From Diplonema japonicum (Eukaryota; Protista; Euglenozoa: Diplonemea): a stretch of DNA of 64,000 nt. The translations under genes and the position numbers were made by a program. The stretch spans positions 1-64,000 of the forward strand of contig OZ025747.1 in the NCBI GenBank assembly GCA_964019335.1, read 5' to 3'. The notes under the pieces were generated by a model that was given only the letters and a program-made list of their open reading frames with translations, did not search any database and had not been told where the DNA came from. Shown here piece by piece: positions 22,144-35,792 of the stretch (within the stretch, counting starts at the first letter, position 1; every line of letters begins with the position of its first letter).

Positions 22144-23809
22144 TCTATTTAGAGGTTTTTAACACTCACCCTCCCATTCACTCTCCCATCGAATCGATAC
22201 CTCCACGAAGTGGTTTGGTGTTTCTCCTTCTTCTCCCTTTCCATCCCCCTTTCATTTTTTAAAAAAAAAGATTTAAAAAAAATTTGTTCTAAAAAAAAAA
22301 GAGGGAGGGGGTAAAAATAACAGGTTCTTTTGTCTTTTTTTTCAAAAAAAAAAAAAAAAGCCGTTCTTTTACAACCCTCCCATCTTTCTCTTTATTTGTT
22401 TTTTTTTTCTTCTTTCACGATTTATAGTTATAATTCAGAAACAAAAAGGGGGGGGGAAGAAAAAAAAAGAAAAAGAGAAAAAAAAAAAAGAAAAACCATC
22501 CTTCCCGTTGTGGCACGCTAAAGGAAATTTTTCCAATAGCCTTTGTCGTGTTTTCTTTTTTATTCCCGAAACGGGGAACTTTCTCTTTCTTTTTCCCTCT
22601 ATGCCCGATCTAAAAAAAAGAGAGAAAAAAAAAGGGGGGGAAAAAAATCTCCCCTTTTTTTTTCAAGCTCTCAATGTGCCATCCTCCTTCTTTTTTTTCC
22701 CCCCTCTCGCCTTCTCAGTTCTACGTATTTCGGAGGAAAAAAAAAGAATTGTATTGCACCCCCACCCCCCCTTGCCTTGTTCGGTCTTCTCTCTTATTAC
22801 AATAACTTTTTTTCCCCACGTGAGTACAGATTTTTAAAAAAAAAAAGTAAAATTGAATAAGAGAGGGGGAAAAAAAAAGGATGCCACCTGTTCACATCCA
22901 TGCTTGTGCTTCTTCTTTCTTCTTAAATTTTTCTTCTTCTTTTTTTTTTTTTTTTTTTTTTTTTACATGTTTTAACCAAGCAAAAAAAGTACCTGGGGTA
23001 ACTAGGTAAAGCATCTCAAAACACTCCCATCCCACCTGGTGAGGACGGCTTGGCATGTCGCATCGGTGGTGGAGTTTAAAAAAAAAAAAAAAATGTGAGA
23101 ATAAAAAGAAAAAGAAGAAGAGCCACTGCAAACCACGCGTCGTCTTATTTCATCTATTTTTTTCTCTTTTCTCTTTTTTTGTTGCTCTTTTTTCTTTATT
23201 TTTTTTTTTGGCGGAATCGCTCCTCTTCCTCCGTCTCTTCCACCAGTTTGTGAAAAAAAAAAGGAAAAAATGGGGGGGAAAAAAAAGAAAAGAAAGGGGA
23301 GGGAAAAAGAAGTTCCCTTCTGGTGGGTCATAGCTAACACCTGTCACCTCCCCATTCATTCACCAATTATCTTTTTTTTCTCGAACTTTATTCTTTCTTT
23401 TTTCTTTCTTTTTCTTTTCTTTTTTTTTTCTTTTCAAATGCGAGATTCTTAATTTATTCCTTCCTCCCCTCCCGTCTTGATTCGCCCTTTTCTTGTTCAC
23501 CCACCCTCACATCCCCCCACTTCTTTTTTTCCCCCCGTTGCGCTGCATAATTCAGGAGGGGGAAACACCGGCAAGTGGTGTGTTTCATCACTGACTATAT
23601 TGTCGCCCAGCCGTCAGGAAAAAAAAAAAAAAAAAAAAGCGTGCAGAAGCAGGGGAAAAGAAACATACACTGAATGATTTTACGATTAGAGAAAAAAAAC
23701 GAAAAAAGGAGAAAAAAAAACAATTTTTTCTCAGCTTGAAAGTTTTTTTTTTTAGAATTGGGACCGCACGTAAAGAAAAAAAAAGAAACGGATGGGGTGG
23801 GGGGGAATG

Positions 23810-23843
<34 letters not shown>

Positions 23844-26800
23844 AAAAGGAAATGAAGTGAACATTAAAATAAGACAACCTCCCCCAACCCCCCTCTCTCT
23901 CTCTCCCCCCCTCTTTCTCTCTCTCTCGATTTTCACATTTTTTTTTTGATGTACCTTTTATTATCCATTTCCCCCCAACATAATTTGAGATGAGTAATTG
24001 AAAATGCTAAAGAAAAGGGTCATCTGCAAACACACGCGGATATTTCATCATTTATTTTTTTGAAAAAAAAAAAAAAATCCTCACCTATACCAGGGGCAAA
24101 CCTAGCAGGGTCTCCCACTGAGAATTTTGAGTGCATATTAGCAGACCCCAGTGGCATATTATAATTCTTTTTGGTGTAGTCAGTGACCCCCCCATGAGCC
24201 TTTAATGTGTTTAAACCAATAAGCCGCGATAAGCTAATTTTTTAAAGGCCCGGCCTTTTCCTTTCCCCCCCCCCCTCTCTTCCTCTTTTTTTTTTGACTC
24301 CTCCTGTCACCATTTAAAAGTCTGACAAAAAAAATCTTTAGCTCCATGTTTATTTTTTTTAATTTTTTTTTATTCACATTTTTTTTTATATTTGTATTAC
24401 ATTTTCTTAGCTTCCTAGCTCTTTAAAATTTTTTTCTCCTCCCCCCTAAATTTTCGTAGAAAACGAGAGTGAAAAAAAAAAAGAAGAAATGAAGAATAGC
24501 AACAAAAAACTCCCTCCAGTAAATCTCCTTTCCCCTTCAAACCTGCGAATTAGTCTTTTTTCTTTTTTTCTTTTTTTTTTTTTTTTTTTTTGGTACACAT
24601 CCCTTCTAAAAAAGTAAAACTGTCTTCTTTTTGCAACTTAAAATTTTCTCCTTCAGCACACATGTTGGAAAGGGGCATGGCGTTACTTTTTTTTGTTTTC
24701 TTGGTTGTCGTTTCATTACTCCCCCCCCTCACCCTTGTTTTTTTTTTTTTTTTTTTCTTCTTTTTTTTTTCTCGTCCTGAAGTGAACCTTTTGTGAGCCT
24801 GTGCAGTTGCTGCCTGTTCGGCCCTGGCTTTTTTTTTTTTATTGCTCGTGCGAAAGAAGAAAACAAAAAAAAAAAAGATTGGAAAAAAAAATTGGCCTAC
24901 TTTTTTTTCTTTTTTTTTCTTCACCTCCCCCCCCCCTCCGTTCTTGTAATGCAACAGTGGCCTAAGACTTACTCGTCTCTTTTTTTTAATCTATACTTTT
25001 ACATTTCTTGGGCATAGACTGGAGCGGTCCCAGAAGAGGGGACACGAGAAGAGGGGTGTTTTTATTTTTTAATCACACGTGTTGCCACCGGACAAGGGCA
25101 TTGACGCCAGAAAACAAGTAGGTTTCCTCAAGGAGGCAAGGTGGCGCAAAATTAAAAACGAGGAAGGAACTGAGGGAAGGATGTCTATTACATAACCATT
25201 AAAAAAAAAATAATAATAATAATAAAAAGGGGAACTTATGACCCACCTCGGTATCTTACCTTCGTAAGAGGGGAAAAAAAAAGAATTAAAACATTGTAAT
25301 ACCCTTATTGTACCCCCCATTTTTCTAAAGTCTTCGAACCAAACGAAAAAGAAAAAAGAAAAAAAACCTACACTTGTGCCATTCCCCCCCTTCCCCTCCC
25401 CCCTTTTTTTTTCATACCTTTTTTCTAAACATACTACTTTTTTTCTTTTCCTTTTTTTTTTGTTCTGTTTCCTCCCTTTTGTGGGCGGTACGGTTTTCCC
25501 CCCCCCCCCTTTTTTTTCTTTATAAATCAAACTAACCTTTTCCCTTTGCACACCTCATTGTGAATTAGCACTCAGAAGTGCTTTATTTCTCCCTTCTTTT
25601 TATTTTCTCTTTCTCCCGCGTTCATTCTGTTCTTGTGAGTAAAAACAGCAGAAATAACTCTTAACACTAGCGGGCAAATTGGGGATTCCCCCGGCTTTCA
25701 GATTTTTCTTTCTTTTCTTTCTCTCAACCAATCGTTGTTGTTGTTCACAAAGTGCAATTCTTTTTTTTTTGCCCCCCCCTTTGCTTTGTTCTCTCTTGTG
25801 AACTTAGCAAAAAAAAAAAGAAGAATGAGGGCCAATAAAAAAAAATAATTTCCCCCTTTCATATAGATTTTTGTAGTTTTTTTTTAACCCCGCACCCCCG
25901 TCCTAAAAAAAAACTTTTTTTTTTGGCCGCGATTTATATGTGTGGAGTTGTGCTTCTTTTTTTTTCGTGGAAAATGCATGGAAAAAGTGGGAAAAAAAAA
26001 GAAGGGAGGAAAAAGAAAAACAAGAATGAAAAAAAAAAAAAAAAAAAAAAAAGGTACAGGGGAAAAGGGGGGGTGGTTTTGTTCTTAATTAGCTCCCCTT
26101 AAAGGACGGTTACTGATTTAGCAGTTTTTTTTTCTTTCTTCTGAACCAGACGCGTACGAAAGACAAAAAAATTAAAATAAAAGAAATCCCAAGAATCAGG
26201 GTAAGATCAAAAAAAAGATATTTACCCTCTCCGTCCTTTAAGGGTTAATTAATTATTAAATCAAGCGGCCTAATGCATCTCTTTTCTTTTCTTCTTGTAG
26301 GCAGACCCACTTTCTGTGTATTTCCCTTTTTTGATGCAATTGTGGTAAGTCTATCTTGGAGCCTTCACCTTACCTTTTCCTCAACATCCCCCCTTTCTCT
26401 CTGTGCCTAGTGTAGTGATGACGTGATCAGAGCGTCAGTGTTCATAATCTAAATTCTCTATTTTTTTTTGAGGGGGTCAATGCTAAAAAATAAGGTTAAC
26501 CAGAATTTTTTTTGGGACCGTAAATCGACCAGCGTTTTCTTCCCCCCCTGTTTTTTTTTTTCCCTTTTTTTTTTCTCTCGTTCCTCTCTCTTTTTTTTTG
26601 TTTTGCGTACCACAACCAAGGAAAAAAAAAAAAAAAATAAAAAAAAAAAAAAAACAGGACACCTTTCTTTTTCCTCAGGAGCTTCCTTGTGGACCCTCCT
26701 GACAAGCCTCCCCCCCCCCCCCCCCTTCCCCTTGTTATATTCCTCTTCTTTTTTTTCTTCCTTTATTTTCTTCAAATTCTCATTTTCTTTAGGACACATA

Positions 26801-27968
26801 GTCCCTTTTTTGAAAAGGAACACAAGAGACCCCCCCCCCCCCCCCCCCCTCCTCCAAAATATTGGAAGAAAAAAATATGCAGAGAGGAAAAAAAAAAGAA
26901 AAAAAAATATATATACATGATGCCCCTCCAACAATTGTATCTAAGCCACCACGGGGTAGCAGTTAGTGATGTTGGAGGAGGGCACCGAGAAGGGTCTCGG
27001 GGGGGGTTTTTTTTTTCTGGTGGGCTGTTCCTAATTTTCTCCCTACCACTTTTCTTTTTTCTTCCCCCCCCTCCCATTTGAGAGTGGTCATGCAAAAATA
27101 TTATTTTCGTGCGATCTTCCTTTGACAAGCCATGAGTTGGTCGGGAAAAAAAAAACAAAAACAAAAGGAAAACCGAGAGGAATGGGGGGGGGGGGGGGGG
27201 GGGGGGGGGCGTTCCGCTGCCCTGCGCTTTTGGAACAAACCACCTTTTCTTTTCAGAAGTCCTTTTTTTTAAACGTGGCCCACCCCCCTTTTTTTGTTGT
27301 TTTTTACCAAACAACCTCGAAAAGTTCACACCAATTTAATGTCTTTCACCCCTCCCCAAATAGCATTTTTTTTTCAAAGTCACATTTGTTACTTTTGTCT
27401 TTGTTCCTCTCCCCCTCCCTTTTTTTGCCTTTTTTTTTTCTCTCCTAGCTTCTCTGAGGGGGGGAAAAAGGGAGGGGAATAAAATCCAGACGATTGTAAC
27501 AACATGACATAAAAATTTCTTTTTTAAAAAAAAAAAAGAAGGGAAGAAAGAAAAAAAAGGAAATGTCGGGGTCAAACAAATTGTACTTTACCCCTTTTAA
27601 AAGGGAAAAAAAAAAAGAAAAGAAAAACGGGGGCAAAACGATAAGAAGAATAAATGAATAAAAAAAAGAAAGAAAGAAAAAAGAATCGTGACGACAAGTA
27701 AGAGGTGATATCTACACCAACTTCTTTCTTTTTTTCTTCTTCTTTTGTATATTTTAGTACAATTTTACCCCCCCCCCCTTCATTTCCTCTTCGCTTCTTC
27801 CCTCCCGCTATTTGAGTAATAAAAAGTTTTTTTCTTGTTGTTTTTTATTCAACCACCAAACACCGAAATACCACTACGTTTTCTTTCTTCTTTTTTTTTT
27901 TCTGCATACTTTTTTTTTTTCCCCCTTTTAAAAAATCCCTTTACCCCCTCCAGCCTCCAGCCTGCAAG

Positions 27969-29612
27969 ATGACCGACCTACTCACATGGGCTGGCCTCTC
28001 CATTGCCACCATGATAGGGCCTAACAAAGCAAGGAAGATAGTGAAAGACGAAGTCAGCTCCGAGGAGGTAGTGGGATGCGCTGAGTACCTGAAGTCTGTC
28101 AAAGCGCGTGACCCACGGATGGACGTGCTAGTTGAAGGCTACGACGGTGTGGCAAGAGGAGTCGGGTGGGGTGGTTGCACAGCGGTGTGGTTCGGCATCG
28201 CCGCTGCACGGCTTGTGGAAGCAGAACAACGAGCCCCAAAGCGCTCCCTGTGGGAGCATCTTGGTACTGCCCTCGACATCTTGCAGACCTGGTCTACGGA
28301 CGCAGCATTCCTGCACTGCCCCCAGACCATGAGAGCACCGCATCCCTCCCCCCACGTCCTCGCACTGCCCACCTCTTCCGCCACTTCCCTTGCTACTCCC
28401 GTTGCTGGTTTTATCTTGCAGCCTGTCCGCCCGACCGACCTCTTGCTCGCATCGTCCCCCCCCACCCACCCCGTCACCGCACCCGGCACAGTCCTCATCG
28501 TGCTCTTCATGTCGTGCTCCGCTGCCGTCAGCACGCAAGGCGTTGTCCTCAAGCGTTCCAGCGACAGCGACAGCGAAGATGACACGGAGGGCAGTCGTGA
28601 CCCACGGTTTCAAGCCTTTCTCTCTGCGCTCAAGCGGCACAACGTGACGCACATTGTGTCCACCTGTGTGCACGGTGAGGCATGGTGGGCGTACACTGCG
28701 CTGCGTGCTGCCGGCATCTGCCTCATAGCTGACGTGCCGTTCAAAGACGTGGCAGAGCTGGCACAGCACACAAGCACCGTCCCCCTCAGCAACATGTACG
28801 GGGACGACATAGAAGACTCGGACAGCGACGGGGACCCTTTGGGGACAGCCTTGTTCCACGCATCACTATCTACCTTGCAAGGTGTGGAAGGGCGCGAGTG
28901 CTATGTCGTGACACCCACAGGAGGTACAGGTAAACTGCCCACAACTATTGTCGTCACGGGTCACGAGAGCATTTGCAAGGAAGAGGCACACCTAGTAGCG
29001 AAGGGTGTGAAGCGACGCCAAGCAGTAGCAGAGCAGGGCCACGCTGTGCCGTGTGGGGGATTCAGTGAAGTGCTGTTGGTATGCATGTTGAGGAACATGG
29101 TAAGCAGGGCCCAGCGAGAAGGGCAGCGCAGGGCCACCCACGAGGAGCACATCATCGTTGAAGAGACGGAGATGCTGCAGACCACAGGCGGAGAAGGCGG
29201 CAGCAGCGCGGTGCATTTACCATACCCGGGCACCGTGCTCCACTCTGCCTTCACCATGCTGGAGGATCTCCTCACTAGTTACCTTGCACAGCTCTTGTGC
29301 AATGCTGGCGCCACGTACACGGAGGCTCTTTCATTTACCGACCAGGCCATCGCCACTACCCAGGCATGGCTTGCTGACAACGAACGCACGCGCATCTTGC
29401 GCACTGTGAACCCCGCCAAGGCACCCCCCCCACCAGCGGAGGTTATGTATCCCACGGCCCCTCTCAATGCCTTTCTTTCTGAAGACTCACCTGCTCTCAC
29501 ACCTGTGAGCAAACTAGACGAGTGGGAGCCTGTTAGCGCTAGATGCAACATTCTGAAGGCAGGACTGGAGCTGGGCAGGGTGCTGGGACTGATTAACATT
29601 GTCCAGAACTAA
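27969..29612 (+). CDS. Divergent chaperonin-like BBS protein (BBS12-like)
   Basis: N-terminal ATMIGPNKARKIV, PCGGFSE, and C-terminal WEPVSARCNIL..VLGLINIV resemble group II chaperonin equatorial motifs; the ATP motif is degenerate. Confidence 0.5.
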   Translation: MTDLLTWAGLSIATMIGPNKARKIVKDEVSSEEVVGCAEYLKSVKARDPRMDVLVEGYDGVARGVGWGGCTAVWFGIAAARLVEAEQRAPKRSLWEHLGTALDILQTWSTDAAFLHCPQTMRAPHPSPHVLALPTSSATSLATPVAGFILQPVRPTDLLLASSPPTHPVTAPGTVLIVLFMSCSAAVSTQGVVLKRSSDSDSEDDTEGSRDPRFQAFLSALKRHNVTHIVSTCVHGEAWWAYTALRAAGICLIADVPFKDVAELAQHTSTVPLSNMYGDDIEDSDSDGDPLGTALFHASLSTLQGVEGRECYVVTPTGGTGKLPTTIVVTGHESICKEEAHLVAKGVKRRQAVAEQGHAVPCGGFSEVLLVCMLRNMVSRAQREGQRRATHEEHIIVEETEMLQTTGGEGGSSAVHLPYPGTVLHSAFTMLEDLLTSYLAQLLCNAGATYTEALSFTDQAIATTQAWLADNERTRILRTVNPAKAPPPPAEVMYPTAPLNAFLSEDSPALTPVSKLDEWEPVSARCNILKAGLELGRVLGLINIVQN

Positions 29613-29677
29613 CACACGTAACCATAGTACGAGTTGATAACTTAGTTATGCTGCACACGAGACACCACAGGATCAAG

Positions 29678-31310
29678 ATGCAAGACCCGCCACAGGTGTC
29701 GGGCTTCAAGCGCCCCTTAGTCGACCTGGCGCCGGACGTAGTGGATGAGCTGGACCTGGCATACCAGGATGTGGGGTGCAAGGAGATCACAAGCAACCTG
29801 AGGGCGGACGAGCTAATGGCACCACAGGTGGGACCAGTGCACCCTTGGAAGGCAGCGGACGCAGCATCGCGGAACACGTTCACAGGACACTTGGAGAAGA
29901 GCAACATGAACAGCTTCATGTTTGAAGAACAGTACAGGAAAAACCAAAAGACACAATTTCAAGACTGGAAGAAGAAGAAGACAGAGAGGGATCCTAAAGA
30001 CCTGCGGAGAGAATGGGAAAAACAAGAAGCGTTGCGCAAGGAGAAGGAAGAGGAAGACGGCGACGTGGTGACGAAGGGCGGCGAGGTGATCAAGGCAGGG
30101 ACCGACCTCACGGAGGCTCAGGGTGGCGTCGAAGTGACCGACGAAGACGCCGCGAAGGAAGGCCGCACAGTGTACTACGAAGAGAACAGAGAGGGCGTCA
30201 AGACAAAGATGGTCGAGGCGTGCGAAACATCCTTCGTAAGACACGTGAGCACCTTGTACGACTACCAGGGACGGAACATCATCACAGACCCTCCTGTTCG
30301 CTCAGTGGCTCCAGAGTGCTTCCCACCCAAGAAGCTTTTGCACACATACAGAGGACACAACAAGGGTGTACATATTCTCAGATGGCTATCGAAAGCAGGG
30401 CACATGTTCGCATCAGGCGGTTTGGAGGGAAAGGTGAAGCTGTGGGACGTGATGAACGAGCGCAACGTGATCCACACGTACACAGGGCACTCCATGGGCA
30501 TCAAGGACATGAACTTCAACTGTTATGGAAGCACGTTCTTGACATCATCACACGACAGGTTCATACGGGAGTGGGACACAGAAACAGGGAAGGTAAGGGG
30601 ATCATACACCAACGGTGCGCTGGCCAACTGCGTAAAATATCATCCTGACAGGGACAACCAAAACGTGTTCTTTGCAGGGTGCTCCGACAAACAGCTGCAC
30701 CAGTTCGACACCAGAACAGGAACTATCATAAGGTCGTACGACCAGCATCTTGGACCGGTGAACACAGTAACCTTCACCGACAAGGGGAGGAAGATAGTCA
30801 CAACCTCCGATGACAAAACGCTCCGTGTGTGGGAGATGGACCTCCCCGTCACCATCAAACAGGTGTCCGACCCTTCGATGCACAGTCTTCCTACGGTATG
30901 TCCTGTTTAACCACATTTTACCACGTGACCCAGGCCACGCTCCACCCCAACGGGAAGTACTTCGGTGTGCAGTCCATGGACAACCAGATCCTTATATACT
31001 CCGCTACCGAGAAATTCCAGCTCAACAAAAAGAAGCGTTTCTCGGGCCACGTCACTGCCGGGTACGCCTGCGAGGTGGGCTTCTCTCCGGACGGCAAATA
31101 CGTGTCTAGTGGGAACGCAGAGGGCGAGCTCTTCGTGTGGGCTTGGGGAAGCTGCAAGATCGTGAAGCACTTCAAATGCCACGAAAAGGTATACTATACC
31201 CCCCCACCTACACCAACTCACAGGTGCTTATGTCGCATTTGTGGCACCCCACTGAGTCCTCAAAGCTTCTAACCTGCTCGTGGGACAACACTATCAAGTT
31301 GTGGGATTAG
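29678..31310 (+). CDS. CDC40: Pre-mRNA splicing factor CDC40/PRP17 (WD40)
   Basis: [38 protein letters not shown]. Introns 30896-30933 and 31189-31223; ends ..IKLWD*. Confidence 0.93.
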
Positions 31311-31466
31311 GAGGGGGGGTTTTTTTTTCCGTTAGTGGGGTGGGCTGAAGAACGATGCATGAAGAAAGGGGGACTGTCTTCCCCCTTCTACCCTTTCCCC
31401 CCCCCCCCGTACAAAAAAATGAAGGGGGGAAAAAAAAAAACGTTAATCCCTCCTATTGCCAGGTCC

Positions 31467-34400
31467 ATGGTGATGGAGACCAACATAGATGCAATGCTGG
31501 CGAAGCTGGCGATCGCTCCCCCGAAGATGCGGTATGCAGGGAGCCAGGCAAGAAGTGAAGCAGCAAAGGAGCCACTGAGGAGGACAAGGGGAGGGCTTAA
31601 CAAAGGGGCAGTATCAGTTGTGCACATGAATGCCATGCGGCAAGTGAGGGAGGAGGTGTATCAGCTTGTGGGACCTGCGTTGGGAGTGGATGAAGCAGTG
31701 GGGGGAGGCAACGGGGGCTACACACCACAAGGCGGACGTGGTGGGTTTTCAAACGCGCCATCATCTAACTACAGTGCCCCCAGCAGCAACACACCACAAA
31801 GAGATGTGCAACCTCAAAGAAATTTCCAAACACCTCAAGTGCAGCAACAGCAGCAGCCTGCCGTGCGCCAGGGTGTGAGTAATGGAACTACTTATCCACC
31901 TCCTCAGCCAGCGCGGCTTGTGTCGTCAGGACCTGTGCCCTTCCAATCTCAGCCAGCACGGCTTGTGCAGTCCAGTTCTGCGCCGCAGCCCTTCCAAGCA
32001 TCTCAGCCAGTTGTGTCGTCAGGACCTGTGCCCTTCCAGCAATCTCTGCCACAGCCTTATCAATCTTCTCAACTCCAGCCATCCAGGCCCTCACAACCGC
32101 AGCCCTTCCAACCTTCTCAGCCGCAGCCCTTCCAAGCCTCTCAGTTTGTGCCTTCGAACCAGATGGCACAGCCGCAGCAGCCCGACACGGCAGAACTAAA
32201 GAAGCAGCTAATCAGGCTGAACAGCGAACTGAACACTGCGCGCAGTGTGCTCGACGAGGCGATGCTAGAGGACGACATCAATGAGGGGCACATAGCAGAG
32301 TTGCAGAACAAAGTGAACAGGCTGGGAAACGAGCAGAAAGTACTGCAACAGAAGATTATCCAGATCAAGAAAGGGGGACAGGGTGCACCACTGGGCGCAC
32401 CTCAGGCATCTCAGGGGTTCACAACGGAGCGTGAGCAGGGCGCACAGCAGGGGTTTGCGCAATCCTATGGGGGCGAGGGCATACCTTCGCAGCTCACTGG
32501 GGGGCAGTATCAAGGCACAGGGTACCAGGATACGAGCCAAGGAGGGCAGTACCAGCAGGAGGTCACGTCAACCCCGCTGACCGACGACGGGGGGACCGCA
32601 CTCTTGAAGTCCGGGGATGCGAGCTGGCATCGTGTAGATTCCACGAACAGCGCAACAGGTGCAGTATCGAGCAGCAAGTTCACGGTCCTACAGCTGGAAG
32701 AGGAGACAGGTCGGGACGACGGGTTCATCAAGGGTGGGAGACAAGGTGGTGGTGATGGACATTGCGGCTTACCGATGACGAAGTGGAACATGGGGGCGAA
32801 GCCCAAAAAGAACTACGTCGACCCAGAGGTGTTAAACAAGCAGCATGGCTGGAAGACAGACAAGTACCACTGGATGCCCACCGTGAAGAAGCACATGAAG
32901 GACGCCTTTGGTCTGCACGACTTCAGACCTCTTCAGATGGAGACAGTCAACGCTGTGATGGCCAACCGCGATGTGTTCGTGTTGCTGCCCACCGGTGGGG
33001 GGAAGTCGTTGTGTTACCAGCTGCCTGCGACGGTATGTCACCCGGCGGCCGTGACACTTGTGATATCCCCGTTGCTGTCACTGATCCAGGACCAGCTGGC
33101 AGGCCTCTCCGCGTGCGGTATACCAAGTGTGTCATTTACAGGAACTACATCACCAACTACTGCGAACGAAATCTATCGTGAATGGAACTCAGGGCAGATC
33201 TGCACACCGCTGGTGTACACGACGCCGGAATACCTCACGAAGAGCGACAGGTTTGTAGGGGAGTTGAAGAGGCTGTTCGAGAGGGGGCACTTCCGCAGAG
33301 TGGTCATCGATGAAGCGCATTGCGTGTCGCAGTGGGGACATGACTTCCGTCCTTCTTACTTGCATCTCAAGATGCTGAAGCAGACCTTCCGCTCCGGCAA
33401 CGCCACGATCCCCATCACTACGCTGACAGCAACGGCTACAGACGACGTGCTTGACGATGTGACGAACAACCTGGGGATGTCCAAAGCGGTGGTCTTCAAG
33501 GCGTCCTTCAACAGAACCAACTTGGCATACAAAGTGGTGAAAGGGAAGAAAGCAACGGTATTTAGAGTTCAAGAAAAAAATACACTTTTTTTTTTTTTTT
33601 TTTTTTACCCACAACAGCTATTTGAAGAGATCGCAGCGCACATAGTAGCAGACAGCAAGAAGCGCACGACATGTGGCATCGTCTACTGCCTGTCGAAGAG
33701 AGACTGTGACACGATGGCCGACAAGCTGCGGGAGAAGGGCGTCACTGCGGGGTATGCCAGCTAAAACACAACATTGCACGACATTTATTCAGAGTGTACC
33801 ACAGCGACGCGGGGGGCAAGGAGAGGGCACAGGAACTGTGGTCGCAAGACAAGCTGCGTGTGATGTGCGCGACGATTGCTTTCGGAATGGGGATCAACAA
33901 GCATGACGTGCGGTGGGTGATCCACGCAGCGCTCCCGAAGAGCGTTGAGGGGTACTACCAGGAGTCCGGCCGTGCAGGACGAGACGGCGAACGTTCTGAA
34001 GTAACGCTCTTCTGGTGTGCGACAGATGTCGGACGGCTCTCGAACCTCATGATGCGTGGGCGGGTGGAGGGCAGCAGCGCAAGCAGCAACTACTCCAACC
34101 TCGCCTGCGTCATGCAGTATGTCAACGACGACTGCCACTGCAGACGGAAGCAAACCCTCGAGTACTTCGGCGAAATGGTAGGCGACGGGTACTGCCAAGC
34201 ATCGAACTCCGAGCAGTGCGACAACTGCAACGAGATGAAGCATTACGAGCTGAAGCTGCAAGACTGCTCCGAGCACGCAGTCAACCTAACGGAGCTCGTG
34301 GCAGGCCTGCGCAACGACCAGGTCACACAGAAACAACTTGTGAGCCTGTGGCGCGGGAAGGCAGAGGGAAACCGCGGGCTGCAAAGCAGATTAAATTCCA

Positions 34401-35371
34401 ACCCACCACCACACTTCGGAGCATGCCCCACAAAGGGCACCGAGGGTATCAAGATGGACACCGCAGACCGCATCGTGTGGTGGATGATAGCAAACGACCT
34501 CCTGCAAGTGGACCTACGTGAGGTGAACGAGTTCACGGTGTGCGCATACCTGAAACTGGGCAATCCCGCAAGGATCCAAGCAACGAGGGGCGGGGTGCTG
34601 CGGTGTTTGATACCGCTAAGGGGGCCGAAGAAGAGGAAACTGGACTTCAACGCTAAAGAGAAGGAGACATCATCGGGGGCCTCCTCACCAGGACCCGGCG
34701 GCAAACTCCCGCAGGGGCTGATGCAGAAACAGATCGACATCCTAGTAGACGAGCTGCTGGAGCTGAGGAAGGAGATCGCAGAGAAGACGGGCGTGAAGGC
34801 CTTCTCCATCATCGCAACACCGAACTTACGAAAGATGGCAGATGTGATCAGCATGCCGAAGCCGATCACTGTGAAGAGCTTCATCGAACTGGAGGGTTGG
34901 GGACACGTTAAGGCGGCCAAGTTCGGGTGGGAGTTCTTCAAGAAACTGAAAGACTGGAGGTCCAGGCTGAGAGGGGACTGCACACAAGCCACCGAAGACG
35001 ACAAGCTGGAGTTCTCGAAGCTGAGCAAGGACGCGCTTCCCAAGAAGAAGGCCACCGACCCCCACATTATACAAACCACAACACCCCCTCATACGCCCAC
35101 CAAGCCGCAGCCCTTCACTCCCCAGGCGTTCAAGCCACTGCAGACACCTCCCTCAGCGTCAAAGCCCCCTACACCAGCGGCTAAGGTCGCACCTAACCCA
35201 ACCTACGACATTCTCTCAGATGACTATTGTGGTGCTGAGGACATGCACATAGATGAAGCTGCTTATGCGGAGGCCTTCAACAACTTCAACCCACCTTCCG
35301 ACACTGAAGGCCCCACACCTAAGAGGGCCAGGCCGAACCCTTTCAAGCAGTACAACAATAACACCCCGTGA
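31467..35371 (+). CDS. RecQ-family (BLM/Sgs1-like) DNA helicase with RQC and HRDC-like regions
   Basis: PTGGGKSLCYQLP, DEAHCVSQWGHDFRPSY, ATIAFGMGINK, YYQESGRAGRDG, CRR..CDNC. Introns 33558-33617 and 33752-33792. Confidence 0.95.
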
Positions 35372-35792
35372 GAAGAAGCGAGGGGGGGGGAGAAAAAAAG
35401 ATGTGCTTAGTTAGGGAAACAGCCTTTATCCTAGTGCATCCTTCTTTCTTTAGGCGATCCTGTCACATACTGCAGGCTCCCTTTCGCTTTTAAAATACCG
35501 GTTGCACGGTTGGCGCCCGTTCCCTTGCTTTTCAATTCCTTTTTTTTTTCCTCTTTACCCCCCCGCTCTCTTTTTTTTTCAAAAAAAAATTCTGAAGCGA
35601 AAAAAAACCCCCCCCCTCTTTCCCCCCTTAGAAAAAAAAAAGAAAAAGTACAGAATATTTTTTTTATACAAACTCCTTGTCCTTCTACCCCATTTCTGGG
35701 GGTTTTTATAGAAAATAAAAAAAAAAGAAGAGAAAAAAAGGCTTTCCTCCCCCTTCAATCACCAATCTTTAAAAAAAAAAAAAAAACAAAAC

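Noticed and set aside
24091-24200. Possible hAT/MITE end (CAGGGG..) with short inverted segments
   Set aside because: I could not find a matching second terminus or a TSD.
26410-26460. Box C-like GTGATGA suggesting a C/D snoRNA
   Set aside because: There is no suitably placed CTGA box D or terminal stem.
22330-27636. Many poly-Lys/poly-Phe ORFs (also at 13.6-15.4, 36.7-38.5 and 45.9-54.2 kb)
   Set aside because: They are products of A/T homopolymer runs, with no coding composition.
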